Shown: piece after piece, positions 55,046 through 64,000 of the stretch
How the letters are laid out: every line of letters begins with the position of its first letter
How positions within the stretch are numbered: position 1 is the stretch's first letter
Source: Vulcanimicrobiota bacterium
GTDB taxonomy: Bacteria > Vulcanimicrobiota > Vulcanimicrobiia > Vulcanimicrobiales > Vulcanimicrobiaceae
DNA: 64,000 nucleotides
Reading direction: 5' to 3'
Assembly (NCBI GenBank): GCA_963714015.1
Contig: OY970223.1
Coordinates: 1,376,001-1,440,000, forward strand
The notes under the pieces: generated by a model
Databases searched by the model: none
What the model was told of the DNA's origin: nothing
The model's input: the letters and a program-made list of their open reading frames with translations, nothing else
Program-made: the position numbers and the translations under genes

Positions 55046-55979
55046 GAAGTTCCGCCAGAGCATCTGCGGCAAAGCGCGGCCACCCGTCCTCGATCTTGAC
55101 GACCTCGTAGGGAGCAGCCCAGGGCGTCCAGCGTGCCGTCTGCAGCGTGAAGTGCGCGCGCTGAAAGCATGCTACGACCGGCGTGCCGACCATGCCGGCG
55201 ATGTGGACGGCGCCTGAGTCGGGCGCGACCACTGCGCGTGCGGCCGCGATGGCTTCTTTCCAAGGGGGAACGGATTCGAAGAATTCTATTTCCGCGTCAA
55301 GCCTATGCGCGAACTGCTGCACGTATCCGGCCTCAGCGCGCGCTGCAATCCAACGCACTTCTCCGTACGAACGCGCGTATTCCGCCAACGCCAGCACGTC
55401 CGCTAACCGTGCACCGATGCGCTCCCATTTATCCGTGAGTTGAAAGGCGATCCGCGGATCCGGCTTCGGCTGGGCGTCCAACACGAACGGGCGCAAATAT
55501 CCCGGGCTGCGCGATGGTTGCGCCGCCTGCGGCAGAATGTCGCGGGCCAGCGAGAATACGACCTCACATTCATGCGGCGCGCGCGGATCCAGGCCGGCCG
55601 TTCGAAACACCGTCTGCGTCGTCTTGCGGCGGATCCAAAGCGTCTTGAGCGGTTTTCCCCAGCCGTTTTCAAACCCGATTCGTCGCGGAATTCGTGCCAT
55701 TGCGGCGATCCGGTAGCCGGCCGGTTTTTCCGTGGTAATCAGCGCAACGTCGTACCGCCGGGCTTGAATCTCCGAGGCGAACGTGCGCAGACCGCTCGTC
55801 TCAAGGATGTGCCTGCAATCCAGTGCAGCCGTCGAGAACACCTCGGCGTTCGCCTGACGCAGAACGGCACCGAGCCGCATGCCTTCCGCTCGAAGCGCGC
55901 CGATCAGCGGCACCAGAGTCATTGCGTCGCCGATCGCGTCCAGACGGACGATGAGGACCGAAGGCGAATTGCGCGGCAT
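55011..55979 (-). CDS. Glycosyltransferase family 9 (heptosyltransferase-like)
   Basis: LIVRLDAIGD, RRIGF, DSGAVHIA-GTPVV motifs. Confidence 0.85.
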   Translation of the reverse strand: MPRNSPSVLIVRLDAIGDAMTLVPLIGALRAEGMRLGAVLRQANAEVFSTAALDCRHILETSGLRTFASEIQARRYDVALITTEKPAGYRIAAMARIPRRIGFENGWGKPLKTLWIRRKTTQTVFRTAGLDPRAPHECEVVFSLARDILPQAAQPSRSPGYLRPFVLDAQPKPDPRIAFQLTDKWERIGARLADVLALAEYARSYGEVRWIAARAEAGYVQQFAHRLDAEIEFFESVPPWKEAIAAARAVVAPDSGAVHIAGMVGTPVVACFQRAHFTLQTARWTPWAAPYEVVKIEDGWPRFAADALAELLSDTRHASYRG

Positions 55980-56021
55980 GCCTGCTCATTCAGCGCCTCA
56001 AGGACTTAGCCCGGCCGGAGA

Positions 56022-56366
56022 ATGATCCCGAAGGAAAACCTCGTTACGCTGGACGCGCCGGATGGTTTTCGGGTGCTCGCGTCCTATGGCCGCGTTACGG
56101 GATCGGCGTTGCGACCGCACAGTATGCTTCGCGCCACCTTCCGATCGATCGGCGCATTTATCGGGCTCGCTCCAATAGAGTACTTGACGGACGCCGAGCG
56201 AGCGCGCGAAGAGGTGCTCGAGACGCTTCGCGGCAAGGCGGAAGCCCTTGGCGCAGATGCAGTGATCAAGATCCGCTTCGAGGCAGTGGAGACCATCGAC
56301 GGCTCGACGCAAGTGCTCGCGTACGGTGAGGCAGTACGGCTCGCGCCGAAGAATTACGCGGCGTGA
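56022..56366 (+). CDS. YbjQ/UPF0145 family protein
   Basis: AREEVLETL-AEALGADAVIKIRF-VLAYGEAV. Confidence 0.85.
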   Translation: MIPKENLVTLDAPDGFRVLASYGRVTGSALRPHSMLRATFRSIGAFIGLAPIEYLTDAERAREEVLETLRGKAEALGADAVIKIRFEAVETIDGSTQVLAYGEAVRLAPKNYAA

Positions 56367-57037
56367 CGTTGACCGAACGCGCGCGGCGCGAACGGCTGTT
56401 GGAGCGCGCGTACGCGGTGGCCGCAGCCTGCCGTAAATGCCAAATCGGCTACGATCGCCGGTCCAACGTCTACGGCGAAGGCGATCCGTGCGCGCGGCTC
56501 ATGGTGGTCGGCGAGGGCCCCGGGGAAACCGAAGATTTGCTCGGCCGCCCCTTCGTCGGACGGGCCGGCGAACTGCTGGATAAAATGCTGGCAGCAATAG
56601 GGTTGCCGCGCGAAGACGTCTATATCTGCAATACCGTCAAGTGCCGGCCTACGCTGCACGAAGGCGGAAAACTGCGTAACCGCGCACCGACACCTCACGA
56701 AATGGCGAATTGCCGTCCATACTTGGACGAGCAGATCGACGTCATCGCTCCTGCCGTGATACTCGCGCTCGGTGCACCTGCGGCCAAATCGTTTTTGGGC
56801 GGCGACTTTTCGATAACCAAGGGGCGAGGGCGTTGGTACGAGGGCCCGTCGGGCATCCCGCTGATGGTCACTTTTCATCCGGCGTACGTGTTGCGGCAGG
56901 GCGGCCTCGCGCTCACGGAGACCAAGCGGCAGGTGTGGTCGGACCTCAAAGAAGTGCGGACGAGACTGGATGAGCTGGATCGGGCGGCCGCCGGTTCGGA
57001 GGACGCGCCGCAGCAGGCTTCCCTGTTCGAAACTTAG
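56363..57037 (+). CDS. udg: Uracil-DNA glycosylase family 4
   Basis: CRKC, VGEGPG, PFVGRAG, NTVKCRP, TFHPAY. Confidence 0.92.
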   Translation: MTLTERARRERLLERAYAVAAACRKCQIGYDRRSNVYGEGDPCARLMVVGEGPGETEDLLGRPFVGRAGELLDKMLAAIGLPREDVYICNTVKCRPTLHEGGKLRNRAPTPHEMANCRPYLDEQIDVIAPAVILALGAPAAKSFLGGDFSITKGRGRWYEGPSGIPLMVTFHPAYVLRQGGLALTETKRQVWSDLKEVRTRLDELDRAAAGSEDAPQQASLFET

Positions 57038-57095
57038 TCCGGCCCAAAACCATTGGCCCGGCCGCGGGTTCTGTGATATCGTGCACTCTGCCGTA

Positions 57096-58190
57096 ATGAG
57101 TTCCAAAGACCCGCAATCCATCTGGTTTGGCGACAAGGTTCGGCGCGCCGGGTTTGCCGACGCGCAGGCCTTCGCTTCGCATTTTGGATTGAAGCCGTAT
57201 CGCTTCAACCAGATTTACCGTGCGGCTGCGAAGGAGTTTGCGCCGGACGTGGACGCGGTCACGACGCTGCCCAAAGAGTTGCGAACTCAACTGGCGGCGA
57301 GCGGATTTTCTTTCGACGCCGTCGAGCCCGTGGTCGTGCAGCGATCGAGCGACGGTCAGACCACAAAGGGCCTCTTCCGTCTTGCCGACGGCTCCGAAGT
57401 GGAGGCGGTGCTCATGGAGCACTACGGCGATCGTAACACCGTATGCATCAGCTCCCAAGCAGGATGTGCTTTTGCGTGTGCCTTCTGCTCTACCGGCCAG
57501 GCAGGATTCACGCGGCAGCTCGAAGCGACCGAGATCTTCGATCAGGCTCGATACTTTGCGCGCGAACTCGCCGCGAAGGGCAAGCGAATTACGAACGTCG
57601 TGTTCATGGGAATGGGCGAGCCGTTTCACAACTACGACGCCGTCATGGATGCCGTCGCGCTCTTGAATGACGGTCAAGCGTTCGGGCTCGGCCACAGGCA
57701 CATCACGATTTCCACCGTGGGTTTGGTGGATAAAATCGATCGCTTCGCTGAAGAGCACACGCAAGTCAACCTCGCGATCTCGCTGCATGCTCCAAGCGAC
57801 GAAGTGCGCAACCGAATCATGCCGGTCAACAAACGGTTCGACATGGAGGCGTTGCTCGCCGCGTGCGACCGGTACATCGCAAAGACGAACCGCAAAGTCT
57901 TCTTCGAGTACGTCATGCTGCGCGGCATCAACGATTCAGAGGCGGATGCCCGGGAACTGGCCCGGCGGATGAAGGGTCATCTTTACCACGTAAATTTGAT
58001 CCCGTACAACACGACGCCCGACGCGCCGTTCGCCGGCACCGATCAGCAAGCAATTTGGGCCTTCGCCGCAATACTCGAAGCCGCGGGTATTCCTACGACG
58101 GTCCGTCAGAACATGGGACGCGACATTGCCGCGGCTTGCGGACAATTGCGTTCACAAACGCAGCCGAAAGCTCACGCCGCGGTAAATTGA
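57096..58190 (+). CDS. rlmN: RNA methyltransferase RlmN
   Basis: CISSQAGCAFACAFC, FMGMGEP, ISLHA, EYVML, DIAAACGQL. Confidence 0.95.
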   Translation: MSSKDPQSIWFGDKVRRAGFADAQAFASHFGLKPYRFNQIYRAAAKEFAPDVDAVTTLPKELRTQLAASGFSFDAVEPVVVQRSSDGQTTKGLFRLADGSEVEAVLMEHYGDRNTVCISSQAGCAFACAFCSTGQAGFTRQLEATEIFDQARYFARELAAKGKRITNVVFMGMGEPFHNYDAVMDAVALLNDGQAFGLGHRHITISTVGLVDKIDRFAEEHTQVNLAISLHAPSDEVRNRIMPVNKRFDMEALLAACDRYIAKTNRKVFFEYVMLRGINDSEADARELARRMKGHLYHVNLIPYNTTPDAPFAGTDQQAIWAFAAILEAAGIPTTVRQNMGRDIAAACGQLRSQTQPKAHAAVN

Positions 58191-58199
58191 CCGTGACGG

Positions 58200-58874
58200 C
58201 TAGAGCGGGTAGTACTCGCCGCGAAGTTGGTAATGGCACGTCAGTCCGGAACGAGAGCTTTGGTCTGAGAGTACTCCGCTAAACCAAAAAGAGCCGTCCG
58301 GCTGACGACTGAGGGCGACGCGCCAGGGCTCTGAACCTGGACGAGCCCAACAGACCATGTAGTCGATCTTGACGATGTCGAACGCGTTCGGGGGAATCGC
58401 AAAAACAAAGGTTTCCGGAAACTCTGCGCCCGGCATCAGACCCGCAATCCTCGGGCTTCCGAACGCTTTCCACCTATCAGCGAACGCATATTGTAATGAC
58501 GGATTCCCTGGCGCGAATGCTCGGCTTATTTCTACGATTCCGTTTGCCGGCTTCTCGACGTGCTCGCCCTCCAAAGCTGTATACTTCACTCCGTACACAT
58601 TTACGATCAGTCCTGCGAGCTCCAGCGGCGCCTGACCGATATTTTTCATGCTCACGCCGACCTTTATGAATTCCTTGCCGGTTTTAAGCGGCGTGTGCTC
58701 GACCGAAACCGTCGCTTGAAGTTCCACAGGTTCGTTTGCGGGTTTTATGCGCTCCTGATAAATAAAAACGTAAAATCCCCAGCTTGCTGCAATACAAAGT
58801 GCAGCGATCTCTATGAGATGGCGCCAATGTTCGACTCGCGATGGGTGCGAGTGTACGTGCAGTTCCCGGCCCAT
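58200..58874 (-). CDS. Hypothetical membrane-anchored protein
   Basis: 224-aa ORF, N-terminal TM helix, beta-rich remainder; more AT-rich than neighbours. Confidence 0.6.
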   Translation of the reverse strand: MGRELHVHSHPSRVEHWRHLIEIAALCIAASWGFYVFIYQERIKPANEPVELQATVSVEHTPLKTGKEFIKVGVSMKNIGQAPLELAGLIVNVYGVKYTALEGEHVEKPANGIVEISRAFAPGNPSLQYAFADRWKAFGSPRIAGLMPGAEFPETFVFAIPPNAFDIVKIDYMVCWARPGSEPWRVALSRQPDGSFWFSGVLSDQSSRSGLTCHYQLRGEYYPL

Positions 58875-59106
58875 GCGTTCGCCTTTCGCTGGATAGTTTT
58901 ACAGCTCCCTGTACGCGCGCTAACACGAGCCGCTTCACGAATTATAAACGCCAATTCACACGGCGCATGACGGCGCGCCGGAGGCAGAACCGCAGCGTTG
59001 CAGTGCCATCGTGCACAGGTGCCTTCGCAGACCCAGCCGAAAGGTCACTTCGGCTCGGACCGCAAGCGCTTTGCGCTGCATGAGCGAAAGATTCCGGCAT
59101 AACCGT

Positions 59107-59583
59107 ATGGCGGCCGTTCGTTTGCAAAAGTATGAACCTTCCGATTTGCCGGGATTCGTAGAACTCTTCGCCGATCCCGAAGTGATGCTTTACGTTGATC
59201 AAGGATTGCCGCTCGAGCGCGCTGCAGCTGAAGCGCTCTTCGCCAAAATCTTTGACGTTTACGAGCGCGACCCGGAGTTCTTCATATGGGCGGTATACGA
59301 GGGCGACGAGTACGCCGGCCATGCCGAGTTAAAACGGCGTCCGGGAAGGCCCGAGTACGAACTGATCTACCTGCTCGAACGCAGGCGGTGGGGCAGATCT
59401 CTGGGGAGCAGCGTCGTGGATTTGCTGCTGGCCCAGGCCCGAAAACGGTCGCTCGCATTCGTCATCGCCACAGTCGATGATAAAAACGCCGCTTCCCTCG
59501 CGATTTTACGGCGGAACGGTTTCGAGCGGGAACGAGAACTCTCTATCGAGCTGGGCTGTGGGGCGTACCGGCTGAATCTGTGA
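59107..59583 (+). CDS. GNAT (RimJ/RimL-like) acetyltransferase
   Basis: LFADPEVM, RWGRSLGS, NAASLAILRRNGF. Confidence 0.85.
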   Translation: MAAVRLQKYEPSDLPGFVELFADPEVMLYVDQGLPLERAAAEALFAKIFDVYERDPEFFIWAVYEGDEYAGHAELKRRPGRPEYELIYLLERRRWGRSLGSSVVDLLLAQARKRSLAFVIATVDDKNAASLAILRRNGFERERELSIELGCGAYRLNL

Positions 59584-59592
59584 GGGACGATC

Positions 59593-59982
59593 GTGGCAAC
59601 TTGGAATGACGTGCGCCGCTTGGCGCTCGCTCTGCCGCAAACAACGCAAGAAGCCTCGTATGGCTCGCGAGTTTGGAAATTTAAGAAAAAAGGATTCGTT
59701 TGGGAACGGCCGCTTCGCCGATCGGACCTGGAGGCATTGAGTGACAAAGCTCCCAGCGGCCCCATCTTGGGCGTGCGCACACCCGATCTCGAAATGAAAG
59801 ACTTGCTGCTTCGCAGCGATCGGAACGTATTTTTCACGACTCCACACTTCGACGGTTATCCGGCCGTTCTCGTGCGGCTGGAGAAGATCGGAGTCAAAAA
59901 GCTCGAGCAGATCATCGTCGAAGCGTGGCTTGCCAGGGCTCCCAACCGCACGGCCAAAGAGTTCCTAGAAAAGCGCAAATGA
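59593..59982 (+). CDS. MmcQ/YjbR family protein
   Basis: VRRLALALP, FFTTPHFDGYPAVLVRL, EAWLARAP. Confidence 0.85.
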   Translation: MATWNDVRRLALALPQTTQEASYGSRVWKFKKKGFVWERPLRRSDLEALSDKAPSGPILGVRTPDLEMKDLLLRSDRNVFFTTPHFDGYPAVLVRLEKIGVKKLEQIIVEAWLARAPNRTAKEFLEKRK

Positions 59983-60031
59983 ACGCGGCCGCGCAGGACG
60001 AGCGCGGAGGAGACCCAAAACCCAGGCGCCT

Positions 60032-61372
60032 ATGGAAACCGGGCCTCAGCCGCAAGTCAGCATGGACGAGATCACGGCGCTGGCCAAACGGCGCGGGTTC
60101 ATCTTTCAATCGAGCGAGATCTACGGCGGAATCGGCGGCTTCTACGACTATGGACCGCTGGGCGCCGTTTTGAAGCGCAACGTGAAAGACGCATGGTGGC
60201 GCGACATGGTCGAGCTGCGCGATGACGTCGTCCCCTTCGACTCCTCGATCATCATGCACCCGCTCGTTTGGAAAGCGTCCGGTCATGTCGACGTCTTCTT
60301 CGATCGGATGGTCGACTGTAAGGTCTGTAAACACCGTTTTCGCTTCGACCACCTCAAGTCGGCGGAGCAGTGTCCGGACTGCGGCAGCAAAAATTCGTTC
60401 ACCGAGCCGCGTAACTTCAATTTGATGATGCAGACGCACGTTGGACCGATGGAGGACACCGCTTCCGCTGCATATCTGCGGCCCGAGACGGCTCAGGGCA
60501 TTTTCGTCAACTTCAAGAACATCTATCAAACCGCGCGCAAAAAGCCTCCGTTCGGCATCGCGCAGATCGGCAAATCCTTTCGCAACGAGATTACGCCGGG
60601 GAATTTCACTTTCCGCGTCCGAGAGTTCGAACAAGCGGAGCTCGAGTATTTCGTTCCCGATGACGGCGCAGATCTGGAAGCATTCAAAGAATGGGTCGAA
60701 CGCCGCAAAGGCTGGTATGCTTCGTACGGCATAACGCCCGAGCGCCTGCGCTTCTACGAGCTGACGGCCGAAGAACGTCCGCACTATGCAAAGGCCGGAA
60801 TCGACGTTGAGTATCTTTTCCCATGGGGCTGGGGCGAATTAGAATCGATCGCGCATCGCGGAACGTACGATCTCGATGCGCACATGCGGCTCTCCGGGAA
60901 GGATCTGCAGTTCTTCGACGAGGCCTCCAAGAGCAAATACACGCCGCTGCTGATCGAGAGCTCCGCCGGCATGGACCGAACCGCGCTGACGTTTTTGGTC
61001 GACGCGTACGACAAAGAACGCGTCGTCGATCAAAACGGTAAGGATACCGAGCGCGTCGTGCTCCGGTTTCATCCCAAGATCGCGCCGGTTCAGGCTGCGG
61101 TTTTCTCGCTGGCCAGAAACAAACCCGAGTTGGTCGAACGTGCGCGCGGCGTGGAGCGATCGCTGCGCGCCCATTACCGCACGCAATACGACGAAGGCAA
61201 CATCGGACAGCTGTACCGGCGGCAAGACGAGATCGGCACGCCGTTCTGTTTGACGGTCGATTACGATACGCTCGAGGACAATGCAGTGACTGTTCGCGAG
61301 CGTGATTCGATGCGTCAGGATCGCATCCGCATCGACAGCCTCGAACGCCACTTGCACGAACGCGGCTGTTGA
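60032..61372 (+). CDS. glyQS: Glycine--tRNA ligase, alpha2 type
   Basis: LAKRRGF, YDYGPLG, LRPETAQGIF, GKSFRNEITP, YRRQDEIGTP. Confidence 0.95.
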   Translation: METGPQPQVSMDEITALAKRRGFIFQSSEIYGGIGGFYDYGPLGAVLKRNVKDAWWRDMVELRDDVVPFDSSIIMHPLVWKASGHVDVFFDRMVDCKVCKHRFRFDHLKSAEQCPDCGSKNSFTEPRNFNLMMQTHVGPMEDTASAAYLRPETAQGIFVNFKNIYQTARKKPPFGIAQIGKSFRNEITPGNFTFRVREFEQAELEYFVPDDGADLEAFKEWVERRKGWYASYGITPERLRFYELTAEERPHYAKAGIDVEYLFPWGWGELESIAHRGTYDLDAHMRLSGKDLQFFDEASKSKYTPLLIESSAGMDRTALTFLVDAYDKERVVDQNGKDTERVVLRFHPKIAPVQAAVFSLARNKPELVERARGVERSLRAHYRTQYDEGNIGQLYRRQDEIGTPFCLTVDYDTLEDNAVTVRERDSMRQDRIRIDSLERHLHERGC

Positions 61373-61452
61373 GCAGAGCCTGCAGATTTCTTTAACAGTC
61401 TAAAGTAATTCCGCCTGCATATAGGTATTTCGGCCCGTTAGCGGGGGTGCGC

Positions 61453-61480
61453 TTGCGGAAAGCAGCGTAGTGGGTACAAT
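61453..61480 (+). promoter_or_regulatory. Candidate sigma70-type promoter for ppdK
   Basis: TTGCGG-N16-TACAAT upstream of the AGGGGG RBS. Confidence 0.45.
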
Positions 61481-61527
61481 TGAGCATTCTCTTGTCCGTA
61501 CTTACGCTTTGCTATTAGGGGGATCGA

Positions 61528-64000
61528 ATGTCCGAGACGCTCGCGCCGAACGTAGCGGCCGCCGCGGTACAGAAGCCGATTTGGTTTTTTGAAGAAGGCG
61601 CCGCCGACATGAAAAACCTCCTCGGCGGAAAGGGCGCGGGCCTGGCCGAGATGACGCGCGCGGGTCTGCCGGTCCCTCCCGGTTTCACGATCACGACCGA
61701 AGCCTGCCTTCAGTACTACGCACTCGGTCGCCGCAACCCGCCCGGCCTGGACCACGCGGTCGAGGTCGCAATGCGCGAGCTCGAACGGCGGACCGGGAAG
61801 CATTTCGGCGATCCGAGCTGCCCCCTCTTGGTCTCCGTGCGCAGCGGCGCTCGCGTTTCGATGCCCGGAATGATGGACACGATTCTGAACCTCGGACTCA
61901 ACGACGCGACGGTTCTCGGTTTGGTCCACTTGACCGGCAACGAACGTTTTGCATGGGATGCTTACCGTCGCTTCATCATGATGTTTGCCGGGGTCGTCCT
62001 CGGCGTTGCAAAAGAGTGCTTCGAAGATCGTATCGAGGAAACGAAAGAGCGGATCGGCGTCACCGGGGACCCGGAGATCGATGCCGCCGCTTGGCGCGCG
62101 CTTGTCGACGAGTTCAAAGCCATCGTTCGGGAGAAGGCGGGGCGCGAGTTCCCGCAGGACGTGCACGAGCAATTGCAGCTCGCCATCAATGCGGTGTTCG
62201 ACTCCTGGAACTCCAAAAGGGCCGTGGACTATCGGCGCTTCAATAAAATTCCCGACGACTGGGGAACGGCCGTCAGCGTCGTGTCGATGGTGTTCGGAAA
62301 CATGGGCGACGACTCGGGCACGGGCGTGGCTTTTACGCGAAATCCCAACACCGGAGAGAAGGTACTCTTTGGTGAGTATCTTTGCAACGCGCAGGGCGAA
62401 GACGTCGTCGCCGGCATCCGCACGCCTGAGAAGATTGCGGACTTGGAGCGGACGCAGCCGGGAGTGTATCACCAGTTCGTCGACATCGCCCAGAAGCTCG
62501 AACGCCACTATCGCGAGATGCAGGATCTCGAATTCACCGTCGAGCGAGGCAAGCTCTACATGCTGCAGACGCGCACCGGCAAACGCAGTGCCGAGGCGGC
62601 CGTCAAGATTGCCATGGATTTGGTATCCGAGGGCATTATCGACAGACGTCAAGCGCTCGGACGCGTGAACGCAGACTGCGCTTGACCAACTCTTCCACGC
62701 GCGCATCGATCCGGCGCAGAAGTACGAAGCCGCCTGCAAAGGTCTAAATGCTTCGCCCGGAGCGGCGAGCGGTCAGGCCGTCTTCGATGCCGACACCGCC
62801 GAGGAATGGAGCAAGCGCGGCGAGGCGGTCGTGCTCGTGCGCCTGGAGACGACGCCCGACGACGTGCACGGGATGATCGCCGCACGCGGAGTGCTCACGG
62901 CAAAGGGAGGGGCAACTTCCCACGCGGCCGTCGTCGCGCGAGGCATGGGCAAGCCGTGCGTCGTCGGCTGCGAAGCGCTTCACATCGACCGGCGCACCGG
63001 CATAGCGCGTATCGGCGATCGACAGTTCACTCAGGGCGACTGGATCACGGTCGACGGAACCACGGGCAACGTGGTCATCGGACAATTGAAGTTGATCGAT
63101 CCGCCTTCGAAGCTGCCGGAGTGGCTTGCGACGTTTCTGAGCTGGGCAGACGAAGCGCGCACGATGGAGGTGTGGGCGAACGCCGACACTCCGCAAGACG
63201 CGCAAAAGGCACGTGAACTCGGTGCCGCGGGCATCGGGCTTTGCCGCACCGAGCACATGTTCATGCAGCAAGATCGGCTGCCGATCGTTCAGCAGATGAT
63301 TTTGGCAGGGACGCCGGAGGAACGGCAGCAAGCGCTCATCAAACTGTTGCCTTTCCAGCGCGAGGATTTTCTCGGAATTCTCGAAGCGATGCGCGGACTT
63401 CCGGTGACGATTCGGCTCCTGGACCCGCCCCTGCACGAGTTCTTGCCGTCGCTGGAAGCGCTGCTCGTAGAGACTACGGAACTGCGCGTGCGCGAGGGCG
63501 AAGAATCCCAAGCATATCTTCAGAAAATGCGTCTGCTGAAGCGCGTTCAGCAGCTGCACGAGCAAAATCCGATGCTGGGCTTGCGAGTTTGCCGTTTGGG
63601 AATCGTTTATCCCGAGATCTACGCTATGCAGGTACGCGCGATCTTCGAGGCGGCATGCGATCTGAAAAAGCGCGGCGTCGACGTGCGTCCCGAAGTGATG
63701 ATTCCAGGTGTCGGGACGGAGGAAGAGATGCGTTTCACCGCGCAGGCGGCCCGCGCGATCGCCGACACGGTTATTGCAGAAACGGGCATACACGTCGACT
63801 ACCACGTCGGAACGATGATCGAACTTCCCCGGGCCTGTATCGTGGCCGGCGAGCTCGCGCAATCGGGAGCCGAGTTCTTTTCGTTCGGCACGAACGATCT
63901 GACGCAGACGACATACGGCTACAGCCGCGACGATGCAGAAGGCTCGTTCATTCCACGCTATTTGGAAGAGCGGATTCTGAAAGAGGATCCGTTTCAAGTG
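61528..64000 (+). CDS. ppdK: Pyruvate phosphate dikinase (3'-partial, apparent +1 frameshift near 62673)
   Basis: LLGGKGAGL, LVSVRSGA-SMPGMMDT, LQTRTGKR. After the frameshift: GGATSHAAVVAR, GIGLCRTEHMF, SFGTNDLTQ. Confidence 0.96.

Noticed and set aside
58875..59106. Possible c-di-GMP-I riboswitch (AGCCGAAAGGTCACTTCGGCT hairpin)
   Set aside because: Only one short hairpin; the GCAAAC and GACGCAAAGC core and the second stem do not match.
62670..62686. RF2-like programmed frameshift in ppdK (GCT TGA C)
   Set aside because: The codon before TGA is GCT, not a slippery CTT, and there is no internal SD. A sequencing insertion is simpler.

Overview
GC-rich bacterial chromosomal segment, mostly housekeeping. 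The DnaK lacks the Proteobacteria-type N-terminal insert and GlyRS is the alpha2 type, yet TolC and a GT9 are present. This suggests a diderm Terrabacteria lineage such as Ca. Eremiobacterota (inference only). Contents: S9 peptidase, VIT1 transporter, a secreted Lys/Ala-rich protein, acyl-CoA dehydrogenase and CoA-transferase, three tandem secreted carboxypeptidase-regulatory-like proteins behind an ABC exporter and a LuxR/NarL cassette, dnaK-grpE-dnaJ, htrA, a Yip1/TolC/MFP/ABC efflux operon, rnj, amidase, ftsK, mqnE-mqnA-mqnC, mnmA, rodZ, yajQ, rimO, LCP, GAF histidine kinase, secA, prfB (programmed frameshift), udg, rlmN, glyQS and ppdK. No rRNA, tRNA, CRISPR array, transposase or phage genes were recognised. 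The main unexplained signals are: (1) a 284-bp element between htrA and dnaK with perfect 35-bp terminal inverted repeats and two mirror-image three-hairpin arms with compensatory stem changes; (2) an attenuator-like leader before the Lys/Ala-rich protein; (3) shared ECF-sigma-type promoters on the efflux operon, htrA and dnaK; (4) a stand-alone copy of a LuxR sensor domain beside a pseudo-receiver regulator. Five apparent +1 frameshifts in conserved genes are probably assembly errors.
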